Source: Cyanophora paradoxa CCMP329
Lineage: Eukaryota > Plantae > Glaucophyta
NCBI GenBank assembly: GCA_004431415.1
Contig: QPMI01000658.1
Span: 142,314 to 206,313 of the forward strand
DNA: 64,000 nt
Direction of reading: 5' to 3'
The notes beneath the pieces were generated by a model, which saw only the letters and a list, made by a program, of their open reading frames with translations, did not search any database and had not been told where the DNA came from. Made by a program: the position numbers and the translations under genes. Shown one piece after another: positions 1 through 12,100 of this stretch; position 1 is the stretch's first letter; the number at the start of each line of letters is the position of its first letter.

Positions 1-3000
1 AGCCTCCGAACTTGTGTCGACGTCGGGCTCATATCGCCCCCGCCTCAATGCGCAGTCCCCTTTCACGGTCAACGTCAAGCCCGGTCCGCACTCGCGATCT
101 CCACGCTCTGCTTTAGTATCTCTCGGAGTCTGACGGCGGGGTCGTACGCACGCGTGCAGGCCCCACCGACGCCCGTGCGGGTTTCACGGCCCGCGGCATC
201 GACGTCCAGTTCACCGGGTGAGCGCTCCTCTTCATATTTAGATGCATCATGGCATGATCAGCGCCGCCCGAATGTGAACGCTGACCGCCCTAAATCTCGT
301 GCTTAATCATGATCATATAAGCAGAAGCTCTTGAGCTCTTTATAGCAGAAGCTTAGCGATGCTCAACACTAACTCGCTTCTTCCTGCAGCATGACGAACA
401 TGCCCAAGGCGAATGCGGCCGGCGAGGTAGCCTGCAGCGAGTACTTTGTCGCGGAGACGATAGCGGCCCTCGGGGGAAGCACCGCGCCACCGGCCTGCAA
501 GTGGCGCACCCCGGATGTCCTCCAGGCACGCCAGCCTTTTCTCTCAAGCTTACGCTTATATATGCTCGAGCTTGGCAAGCCAAGTTAAAATCTAAGCGAA
601 ACTAAAATCTCAATCAATAAGCGAAGCTAAAAGCTAAATTAGCTATAGCATCTTTTATATTTAATTTAACGATGCGCCTATGGCGGCCGCGGCGCAGATC
701 GACGTGCAGGTCTCGTCCGCCGTCACGATCCAGCAGCAGAAGCCGCCCCAGCTGAGCTTTGTCGCCTCCAACGGCATCTCTGCGACGGGCTACGCGTCGA
801 ACCCGCTCGGCGCCTACGTCGTCCCCGTCATGTCGTTCCAGGAGGCGCAGGCCATCATGCAGGGCGAGCAGAAGCAGCAGGGCGCGCCGCCGGCGGGCCC
901 CCAGCGCGACGAGAAGACCCTCGTGGGCGCCATCCTCGCCCTGAACCTCAAGCCCCGCTACACCGCCTGCGAGCCGGTCGAGGCCAGCATCGCCGGCCAG
1001 AACAACGGCGGGTCCGCATGCGCACACTCGAATTGCAAATTGATACATGTCCTCTGCTCGCCTCTGTGCTCATCTCTTCGATTCGGGTCGATCGCTCGCA
1101 GGACGATCAAGTGGACTCTCACGAGCAGCAACGCGGAGCTGACGGAGGACGCCAAGAAGGAGCTCGAGAAGGGGGCGGACGGCAAGCGCCCCAACATGCG
1201 CTTCAAGGACCTCAAGTCCGGCACCTACGTCATGTCGGTCAGTTAATTAACGTTAACTGAATTTCGAAGTTGTAAAGTAGCCTTACATACTAGAAATTTG
1301 GATCCTACCTACAACTAACTAGTGATGCCTCGCTGAACAGGTGACGGTGACGACGCGCACGGCGGGCGTCCTCTCCGCGAACCGCACCTTCGAGAAGCTC
1401 AGCGGCAACGTCCTCACCGCCTCCGCCTTCGTGCCCTTCACCGAGAAGACCGTCGCCCTCGACGGGACGCGCGTCGTCCTGGACGGGCGCCCGCAGTACC
1501 CCAAGAAGTGCCCGGGCGTGGGGGGCTTCTCCGAGCAGAACCTCACCGAGTCGTACAAGGTCACGTGGCGGCGCGACGCCTCCTCGGCGGCCTTCGCCGC
1601 GAACTCGCCCTGCAAGGAGGACACATGGGAGCGGAACAAGTGGGACGTGACGGACTGCCTCGCGCCGGGCGCCACCTACGTCTTCGTGTTTAAGGTGGAG
1701 GTCAAGGGCTCGGCCGAGGTCGATGAGAAGCGCGTGACGCTGACCGTCATCGCGGGCAAGCCGAGTGCGGTCATCGCCGGGGGCTCGTCCCGCACGGTCG
1801 GCGTCGCCAGCGACGTCGCGGTCGAGATGCGCGCGCCCGACGAGTCGGCCACGTACGCGTGGGCCTGCAAGGGCGCCGACGGCACGACCGCCTGCCCCGA
1901 GAAGCTGCTGACGGCGCTCGCCGGCGCCAAGGCCAAGGTCTCGATCCCCAAGAACACGCTCACCGAGGCCAACGCCGGCTCCTGGGTCCTGACCGTCACG
2001 GTCACGAAGAACGGCCAGTCGGCGAGCAGCGCCCAGACCCTCGTCTACGTCGCCGGCGAGGTCCCGAACCTGGAGATCAAGGCCAACCTGCCCCTCTACG
2101 CCCGCCCGGCCGCGGCCTTCGGCCTGAACTTCGGCGTTGGCGGCGTCAAGAAGGAGGACGCCTACACCTTCGCGTGGACGGTCTTCGTCACGGAGACCAG
2201 CGCCGTCCTCTCCGTCGACGGCATGAAGGACGACGACTACACGAAGCCCGGCCTCCGCTTCCCCCCGAACGCGTGCGGGCCGTGTCTTCAATTTCCGAAT
2301 TTCCGCAGCCAAGGCCGACGCGACGTCGTCGGCAGGTTCCGGACGCAGGCGGAGAACGGGCAGGCGATCACCGTCCAGGTGGTGGTCAACGGCAAGTGGA
2401 CCCTCCAGCAGGCCGCCTCCTTCGTCAAGCCCCCGACCTGCTCGTGCGCGCTGCCCCGGCCTTCTTCTTTGTTTTCTCGCATATATATTTTCGATGCCGG
2501 CGCCCGTGCACGTGTGCCCGATTCTAATTCGCGGCTTCTTCAGTTTCTTATATGTTTCTTCAGCTTCTTATATGTGTTCTTATATGTTTCTTATATGCGC
2601 GCCGCAGGTCGTCGCCGTGCTGCACGTACTCGGGCGAGGACAAGCTGTACGCTTCCGTCTCCCAGATCACCGTCGCGTGCTCTGGTGCGTGAAATTAAAC
2701 CTCCCGGTCCGCCCTTTAGATCTAGATCAGGCTTCGCCTCGCGTCCGACGGTCTGTCTGCATGCCGCGCGCGGCGTTTGACGCGGCGCGGCCTCGCGCGC
2801 GTGTGCGCAGGCTGGAGCAGCGACAACGAGCTGGGCTACGAGGCGCGCCTGCTGAAGCCGTCCATCACGGACGCGGAGCTCTCGAACGCGCTGGTCGTCC
2901 TGAACCGCGACTCGTCCCGCCCGCTCGCGCCCCCACTCCCCAACCCGAGCATCACCTTCCGCCTCCCGCCTACGGGATCGACGACCGCCGCCACGTACCG

Positions 3001-5753
3001 CGTCCTCGTCGGCGTGGTCGACCTCTTCGGCTCGCGCTCGTACGAGATCGTCTCCATCGCCAACGTCGAGCAGCCGTCCGTCGCCGAGAAGGCGAGCGAG
3101 CCCGTTTTCTACTTCAGGATATATATCTTGCTTTAACTTCTGTAGAAGTCATATTACCCGAAACCTTTTAGCGACTTCCCGCCCCGTTCTTTCATTCTGG
3201 AGTCGGCCGTCGTCTAACGGGGGCTCGCGGTCGGGCGCAGAATGCGTTCTTCGATGAGACCCGCGGCGCCCTCAACGCGTTCGTCAAGAACCCGACCGGT
3301 CCGAAAATCGCCGATTTCCCGAAATCCATCGAAATCGCGCCGGGCCGCGTGCTGACTCTCGCTCGCTCGCGCAGGCGACGTCGACACGTGCGCTCGCGAT
3401 TGATTTTATAATATTTCCGTAATATAGCCGCTAGCTACATAGCGAACGATTAATATATAATATATATAATAGACGAATATAGCCGTAATATAATATATAA
3501 TAGACGCGAACGAATATAGCCGTAATATAATATATAATCGCTGCGTCCTGCGCCGCGTGCTGATCACCGGGCTTTGGGGCGGCAGCGTCTGGTCCCAGAT
3601 CTCGCAGCTGAGCGCGGCGACCACGACGGCGAACGCGACCTCGAAGCGCATGCGGCGCATTCTCTCGCTGTCGAGCAGCGGCCGCCGCCTCCTGCAGTCG
3701 ACGGCGCAGTCGAACGCGCAGACGATGCTGGCGGCTGCCAAGGCGGCGCTCGACGCCAGCACCGCCACCTCCACCACCCTTCTTTCCGCCTCGGACAGGT
3801 GCCGGGACTTCTCGAAAGCATCTTCCGAAAGCACCTCTCACGCGGCTGACGTGGCTGCAATTTCACTTTGATTGCGACAGCTTCCTCACCGCCACGCAGT
3901 CGGTGGCGGTCAGGTTCGCCGCCTCTGCGGCCCCAGTCGCTCGCTAGCGCTGGCGCCGCCATGACGCGCGGGGCGGGGCGGCAGCGGCGTCAACGTGAAC
4001 CTTCTCGATGTCTCGCCCGCCACGACTCTGCTCGACGCCATCGTCACCGGCGTCACCGTGCGCCCCATCTGCTATATATATATATAGCTACCCGCACCCC
4101 ACGCCACTTCACCCGCGGCCGACGCTGCAACTGATCATGATCATGGCGCCCGAAATTGACGGACGGAAATTGACGGAAATTGACGCCCCCGCGCGCGCGC
4201 AGAAATTGGCGGACGCGTCGGAGCAGGCGACGGTCTGCAGCTCGTCGCTGCCGAACCAGCTCGTCATCGGCGCCGGCTTCGTCCTCGGCGGTGCGTGCTA
4301 CGTATAAGATAGATAAAATCTACCAAATCTATAGCTAGATCTTCTAGAAGATACAGAGATGTTGTTTGAAATCGGTGCGCGCGCACCAAATCTAGATTTC
4401 CCTCGAAATTCCCCCTAGATCTAGATAGATCATCCTCGGCGGTGCGCGCCCGCATCAAATCGAATCTAGATCTTCTAGAAGATACAGAGATGTTGTTTGA
4501 AATCTAGATCTTCTGTTCTAAAGATCGAATCTAGATCTTCTGTTCTTCTGCTTAATCGAATCTATATCTTCTAATCGAATCTAGATCTTCTGTTCTACAG
4601 ATTTCGTTCGAAATTCTGAGTTCTGAGTTCTCGGCAGGCACGACGAGCTACGCAAGCCTGAGCCCCCAGACGGCGGTGTACGCCAAGCTGACGGCGCTCG
4701 CCAACTGGCTCAGCAGCACCTGCCTGACCGCGGACGCGGCGGCGAGCGCCTACCCCGCGACCGAGTCGAACCTGCTGAGCAGCGTCCGCTCGCTCCTGTA
4801 CATGGAGGTCCGCAAAGTCTAATTACTGTTTCTACCAAGTTTACGACGATAACCTATGTGTATTTTTATCCTTTATTCTAATCGATAATATGCATGATAG
4901 GTCCGCCGCGTCACGACCGCCGCCACGGGCCTCGGCACCGCCACGGACTACACGCTGCCGCCCGCGGCCATCACCTTCACGCCCGCCGTGCGTCCTTCGA
5001 TCCGAATTTCACGAATTTGAATTTCGTGCCGTCCTCTGACGGGCGGTTTCACGTCGACAGAGCTCGTGCCCGCGCGTGGTTGTCAAGCTCCCCGCGGCAC
5101 TCGCCTCGGCCACCACCGAGACGAGTGCGTTGCCCCGCCCGGCCGCGGCCCGGCCCGCTTTTGATTTCCATACGATTTCGCCGCAGCCGTTACTGTTGTT
5201 CACCTGCACACTTGCAACGCGCGCTTCTACGGGAAGGCCACCGGCAGCGCCTTCGTCAGCGGCGCCTGGTCGTTATCGCCCGTCGTCGGCGTCTCGCTCC
5301 GCAAGACGGACGGCACCGAGATCGCCGTCAACTCTGTCAGCACCAACGTCACGCTGGCGATGGCGCCCGCCGCCGCCGCCGTCACCGGCATGCACTCCTC
5401 CCGCGACGGCGCCGCGGTCCGCTCCTTTCATCTGACCCAAAGAGCCTTTATATGTAAATGCATTTAGTAAAAAAATCTAAACGTGCATGTTCGGGCAGGT
5501 TTTCGCCGTCGACGGCCTCTCGGGCGCGGCGTCGGACGCCAGCGCGACGGGCACGGCGGGCCACCTGACGGACTTCGCGTTCACGTCGGCGACCAGCACG
5601 CAGAGCTCCTCGCAGCAGGCGGGCACGACCACCGGTACCGGCACGACGACGAACACGACGACGACGCCCAAGAACGCGGCCGGCGCCCTCGGGGCCGGGT
5701 TCCTCCCGACGTTCTTCGCCGCCGCCCTCGCCCTCGCCATGCTGGCGCTGTAG
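1..5753 (+). CDS. Multi-exon REJ-domain/GAIN(GPS) cell-surface protein, polycystin-1-like ectodomain, probably GPI-anchored; 5' part lies outside the window
   Basis: Hand-spliced exons (e.g. 56-83, 160-217, 390-525, 698-1011, 1341-2272, 2811-3091, last exon 5499-5753) give Ig-like REJ-type segments (SYKVTW, PGATYVFVFKVEV, TYAWACKG, YTFAWTV) and a GPS-like motif GHLTDFAF (~5559-5582). A Thr-rich stalk and a hydrophobic C-terminus KNAAGALGAGFLPTFFAAALALAMLAL* follow, with no cytoplasmic tail. Codon usage is strongly GC3-biased. Confidence 0.75.
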
Positions 5754-6862
5754 ATCTCGATCTAGGCGAATTATTGAGATTCAATGATTGGTGAGTACTA
5801 AATTACAGCTACCGCTGTGTTTCGTTTTCGGGTTTCGGTGTCATATTTAAATTCGAAAGCCTGAGCAGAGTCTGCATCTGTTCGGCTCAACCGTTGAACC
5901 CGATTAAACTAGGGGGAGCGATTGGCGAGAGATCTAGACCGAAGCGCTTGACACGAGCTAGTACGCATCGTAATGCAAATCTAATATAATGCTCAGTCTC
6001 TCGCGGACGCGGTACAAAATTTTCCTAGATGTAAGGCCATACAAAGGCGACGAGGAAAAGGCCAGTTTCGCGGCGAGCTAGCCGAGCTAGCATGCGCGCA
6101 GCGCGCCCGGTCGGCGTCTTATTGCCCCAGCGTTCGAATCCCGGGAAGGGCAGTTGGAGGGAGCGGGGGGGCCTGGGCGGGCCTTGAGCTGCCTTGGGCT
6201 GAAGAGGGGGCCGGGGCGCAGCGACCTCCGAGCTCGAGGCCAACTTTCGCGCGGCGAGGTTCTGGCGGGAGACCAAAAATGTTTTTCATCTCGGCTGATC
6301 TAAAACGCACTTCCTACCTGCCCGGTCTCGCGCCAGTCACTCGCTGTGCTCCGCTTTAATTTAATTTCGGCTGGACTTGAATGGCATTTTTCGATCAACG
6401 ACCGATCATATGCATGACCCATCATCCCGAGTCGCGACCCATCGCGACCGTCGGACACGCGATCGCGAGTCGTAAGTTACTCCGAACTTACTCGTAACTT
6501 AAGAGTCCGACGGTCGTACTGCCGTAAGTTACTCGTGAGTCGTAAGTTTCGTAACACGTGCAGTGGTCGTGCAGTGGACGTGCACTGAGTGCCACACTGC
6601 CACTGATTCAGTGACTACCTGTAACAGTAAGTTGGGGGCTGTAAGTTGCCTGTAAGGCTGTAACTAGTAATATAATTACAATTACAATAGACTGCAACTG
6701 CAAGCGGCCGGTTCGGAAAACTTCGAGGTTTCAGAGGCCTAAAAGCACGTCTGAATCTGTAAGATGTGCAAATCTACTCGATTTCAAAAGTTTAGATCGG
6801 CGCGGAGGGGCCGGCGGCCGGGCGGGCAGGGGGGCGGGGCGGGCGCACGGCCCGGCGTTCGA

Positions 6863-7263
6863 GCGCTACGAGTTATGGGCCTTAGGCGGAGTTTCCTGGC
6901 GAACTGGGGCCAAACTCCAGGGGCCTGAAGCGGCTGGCAGATCTTGCCCTTATGTAAATTAGCTACCGGGTAGGTTCTAGTAGCCTCCTGGTACAGTCCT
7001 AGTAACCGCCGGCTAGTAAGTTAGCAGTAACTGCCAACAGCAGCTTTTATATAGCATGTGAAATATACCGGCACGTGCCCAATCGGAAAACACTGGCATT
7101 TTCAAGTCGAATTAGTACGGGGACCTCGACGGTCCCAGCGCAGTACTAATTTGAGTCAAAAGGTGTTCCCAGTCTAAAACTCGGCCGAGTTTTAGTCAAT
7201 CGACTTGACTCGGAAAAAGTTTGTATGGCGGAAACTGCGCCTAAGGCCCATAACTCGTAGCGC
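6863..7263. mobile_element. MITE / non-autonomous TIR DNA transposon (~400 bp)
   Basis: 34-bp terminal inverted repeats with 1 mismatch: gcgctacgagttatgggccttaggcggagtttcc (6863-6896) and ggaaactgcgcctaaggcccataactcgtagcgc (7230-7263). No ORF. TSD is ambiguous (GA or CG depending on where the ends are placed). Confidence 0.8.
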
Positions 7264-8105
7264 GAGCGGCCCTTGATCACGACGCGGTTGACGCGGCGCA
7301 TCTTGAGGCCGGCCTGCGGCCTGTCGATGCCCTGGCCGCCGGCGGTGGTGACTCAGTGAAGTTGTTGGCCGGCTGTCTAGTCGGCGTCGGCGTCGACCGG
7401 TCGAGTCGTCGACGTCGACGGTCGACGTCGACTCGGCGACGCCGTCGAGTCGCGACTCGCGAGTCTCGCGACTCGCGAATCGCGATCGGCGAAGTACGTT
7501 GCTGCTTTCGAGAGGAATTTTATTTCAAATTTTCCGACCTCCGACTCGGGCTCCGAGGAGCGGGGAAAGGTCGAACTTGAAAGGTTGAGTCAACATGTGC
7601 GATTTAATTCCAAGTTCATAGACGTGACGCGGCTGACTCAGTGACGCCAACTTGAAATCACTGAGTCACTGATCATATGCATATGACGGGGTGGATAATA
7701 ATTTAAGATTTATGTGCCATTGGCAGTGACTTATAAATTAGAGACTCATCACTGCCAGGCTGATTAAATATTGACACGGCCCATTAATTGAACGTAAAAT
7801 GTCGGACCGTCTCGATCTCGGAAGTCGATCCGACGTCCGACGGTACCGGTCGAGTCGGGTCGACGCCGGACGTACCGTTAGTGGTCCGTCATCGGCGTCA
7901 CGTACCGTGACGTACGACGTCGACGACGACGTCGCGACTCGCGAGTCGCGACCGGTAATCGGTGTACTAATCACTCAGTGATCATGAGTCACTGAGTAGC
8001 ACTGATCATGAGTACTAATCAGTGCTCCGTAGCCCTAGACAGTCCCCTAGTAGTACCGAGTACTACGGCGAGTAGTACCGGTACCGCCGGGCCGGTATCA
8101 TACTA

Positions 8106-8370
8106 CCGTAAAACACAATATTAATTCGCACGATATTAGTTCGTTTTTAGACCCGGACCCCGACCATAGTAATTAGTTCGGTCTCAAATTAGTGCTTTAT
8201 TCGTTTTCAGTGTATGGGGCGGGGGGTACACGTTGTACCCCGTACCCCACCAGCATTTTCTTAGCGTCCTGTAATTAGTGCGGTCTCAAATTAGTGCGTT
8301 TTTACGGCAAAAAACGCACTAATTTGGTACCGAACTAATATTATGCGCGAACTAATATTCTGTCTTACGG
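8106..8370. mobile_element. Tc1/mariner-superfamily-type MITE (CCGTA ends, TA target duplication)
   Basis: TA|CCGTAAAACACAATATTAATTCGC... and ...GCGAACTAATATTCTGTCTTACGG|TA form imperfect ~35-40 bp TIRs. Internal repeated motif aattagt(t/g)cggtctcaaattagtgc at ~8171 and ~8273. Confidence 0.8.
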
Positions 8371-9107
8371 TAGTACTACGGTCGTATCACTACTAGTAGT
8401 ATGTGCCGCCGACAGTGCCGGCCCGGCGGGCACTGCCTTACAAGTTAGTGCCGGGCGGCACTGCCGGCCCGGCCCGGCGGCGGATCGATCATCGCGCGGC
8501 GGCCGATTCATCGGCGATGCCGCACGCACTGCATGCACGCGTACGGCAGTGCCGCGTCATGTGCGGCATGCATACTATGATGTGTGCCTGCCCGGCCGCG
8601 CCCCGGCGGTCCACGCGGCGGAATCCGGGCGGCCCGGCGGATATCGAATCATATTATCGATGTGCATGCGCATGCGCATTGCGCATGCGCAATGCCACTG
8701 TGGCTGCGGTGTTCCCTCGGCCCGGCGGCGCCGGCGCGGCCGGCGGAATTCGAAGTTCAAAACTTGAAAGTTTCACGCACATACTCTGAGAGTCAGCCAT
8801 GGCCAGTGCCACGGTGAGCCTTGACTCAAGCTTGGACTCCGGGTCCGAGTCCGGGAGCGAGCCGCGGCCCGCGGAGCGCCGCTCGAGCTCACTGAGTCAG
8901 CGGCTGTTCGCTTCAAGCTTAAGGCCTGCGCATGCGCATGCAACTTGATGCAAGCCTTTGAAGTTGCAGTGGTCAGCCGAAGATCCTCCAGCCCAAGCGC
9001 ACTGCGGGCCTGCGGGCCAGCTCAGCGGCTGCAGGCCGCGGCATTGCATGCGCAGCGCTCAGCAGCTTATATTTATTCTTCGCGGGAACATTTCAGATAC
9101 TCATAAG

Positions 9108-12100
9108 ATGCCGCAAAGGAACCAGCGGCTGGCAATGTCAGCCTTGTTGCTGAAGTCCGTGCTCCTGCTGGTTGCGTTTGCGGCCGCAGCAGTCGCGGCT
9201 TCGACCATCCCTCCGAGCAACGTTGACACCCGCGAGACAAAGCACGCTCACCGCTATCACGGTTTCGATGGTTCGGGCGGTGCGCGCGCGGCACGCACTG
9301 ATTGCATTTCATTAATATGTTCGCGGCTAACATTAATATTCCGCCCGTAGCGCCATCGGGCTCATTTGTCGGGCGGGCGAAGGGCGCGGCGCCGCAGCGG
9401 CTCCTCGGCTGGGACGCGAAGCGGACGAGAGACCACTCGACGGGCCACATCCACTGGCACACGGCGAAGGACTTCTCCGATGTCTCGGGCCGGCGCGTGC
9501 GCTACAACGTCAACGCAGTGCAGAAGGCGCCGGGTGGGCGGCCCCTAGGCCTGCTCAGCCGCGCATTCCGTTCGGTCGCCTAACTTTATTCCCGAGGAAA
9601 TTTAAACCAGTGGTGGACCTCAACGTCGAGCCTGCGGTCCTCGCCGTCGATTGCTCGGGGTCGCCTGACCGAGTCGACATTCTGCTGGAGGCAGGACGCA
9701 GCCTGGCCTTCGCCCCTGGAGCGTGCGTTCGGCGGATGCGCAGATAGGATCAAGTTGATAATTAGATTCAGGGCCTTTAAAAATGCGCATTCACGTAATT
9801 ATGTACTTTGATTTCTTATAACATGCACACGGCCGCAGGATTGTGGTTGGGAGTGAGATCTGGTGCCCTCTTGACGTTTTCAAGCGAGATCTAGAAGCCC
9901 CCTCTGTTTAATTTGCGATCGCGATCGCTCACGCGCCCTGCAGGAAGTGCCCCGCACCAGCGTCGACGTCGCCAAGCGCCACGTCCCGCAGCGTCGAGTC
10001 GCTGGTGGCAGGCCTCATGGTCCGCGTGGTCGGCGTCGCTTATGAGGATTGCGAGCTGCAGCTGGCCATGGCCATGGCCGCCGGCGGTCGGCAGCAGCGG
10101 CTCCGCGGCACCTGCGCGCGGCTCACGGCCGAGCCGGCCTGCCTGGGCGACATCTTCGAGCACCTCGAGATGGACTACTACGAGCGGGAGAAGGACAAGG
10201 CGTGGGCCCCGCACGCGGCGCGCGGCGCGAAGCACCGCCCCGCTGGAGGCTCGCAATCGGATGATATCGATGGCAGCGACGCGCACCGACGCCTGAGGTC
10301 GCCTTTCTTTCAATGCATGTCGACTGCCTTTGTTGCTGCCGCCGGCTAATCTGTTCGCAATTGCAACCTCAGCACGCAGCTCGCATCGCTCGAGTCCCTG
10401 CAATCGCGGAACGACACGATCCTTGACTCCTTCGCGCGTCTGAGTAAGATCTCAACGGCCAGAAAACATGCGAGTTCGTGCACGTGACCTGAGACAAGCA
10501 CGCAGAGCAACGCACGACAAACGTGGCTCGGCCGGACTCCCCGCAAACTCGATCGAGAAATCTACTATTCTTCAAATCTCTCAAAAAATGTTGGGCATTC
10601 GAACTCCGGTCCGCGCGCGGCCTCCTCGAGTTGAGTTCTGAGACTCGGAATTAAACGCAGTTGTAAAGGCGGTGGTGAGCGTCACCAAGACGGTTGCATC
10701 CGTCGCCGTCAAGAGCGTGGTCTCTGCAGTTGTGAGTCATGTGCATTTTATGCGCGACAGTCGCCGCTGACGAATTTCGTTCGAAATCCGATCCCAGCGC
10801 GCCAGCACGACAGCCGTTAAATACGTTGTGAACAAAGCCAGCGAGGGCGTCAGGACAGCGGCCGATGCGGGAAAGAAGGTTGTCAGCTCGGGGGTAACTT
10901 ACGCGAACAAGGGGCTCGACAAGGCACGCGCTTCCGCAACCACCTGCTGCAGCTGCCTACGTCCGATTCGCTAATTTCGCTCTGCGACAGTTCGATCAAG
11001 TCACGGGAGGCCACCTCAAAGTTTTGACGGGCCCGGCGAGAGTGGTGGTCAATGGAGTGGGGTCGACCATCATCAACGGTCTGGACACGGCAGTGAAGCT
11101 GTCAGACAAGGCCGCAAACGCAATCACTACCACTCTCACGGTGGTCGAGTGCGCGACAGGTGCTGCGAAATTTTTTTATCGAAATGCTGTCTCTGGATCG
11201 CGGCCTAGCGTGACGAAACGCACATGTACAGGCACGTGTGAGCTGCCGATCAAGGACACGCTACGGAGCGTCACGTTTAACTACGACGAGCGCCGCCAAA
11301 CGCAGTTGAATAAGGTGACGAGACTGCCGCTCGAGAACGCTTGGTCTGATGGCTGATCATGAGCCGCCCGCGCCCGCCTGCAGCTGCAGCCGATTGGCTT
11401 CCAGTACAATGTGGCAAAGTCCAAGGGCTCTCTAGCCGCTTCCGCCGCGGCGGAGATCATGTTCGATCCCGAGCAGCTGTACTATCACGCCGGCGTCGGC
11501 GTCAAGATGAAGCTGGTTCTCAAGAACTACAAGATTCTGGATTTCACTTTCCACGGCCCGCCCGACGTCGACGCATCCCTCACAGTGAATCCCTCCGCGC
11601 TTATCTTGCGCGCGCAGTCTTTGCCGAGTCGAAAGCGCGCATAAGCGGATCGCTCGAAGTCAGCATTGAGATCGCCCTCGAGGCTATGAAGGAGATCTAC
11701 TCGAAGGAGTTCACCCCGAAGGCCATCGCCGTAGGTCTGCCCGTCGACGTCGACGTCGGCGTCGTCGGTCGTCGGCGCTGTGGAAACGCCTATCTAAACT
11801 CTAGCCGCCTCGCAGGCCCCATCATCTTCACATTCCAACCCAGTGTGAGTCGCGCGAACAAGCTTAAGCGCACACCTCTTCCCAGTCGAATCGCAACTGA
11901 TTCGGAGCCGGTCTGATCGTTTTCCTTTGCAGGTTGCGGTTCGTGACACACTGCAGCTGTGACATTCAAGCCGCCGTCGAGCACATCGAAATGACTGCTT
12001 ACTCTGATCGCAGATAAATATGGGATTCTCCGGAGAAATCAGCTTCAGTCTGCAAGTGAGTCGGCAATCTCTTTTACAGATTCTGGCCGATCATAACACT

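Noticed and set aside
4300-4620. Repeat-spacer-like pattern (aatctagatcttct) resembling a CRISPR array
   Set aside because: Spacing is irregular, the 'spacers' are copies of each other, it lies in a eukaryotic intron, and there are no cas genes.
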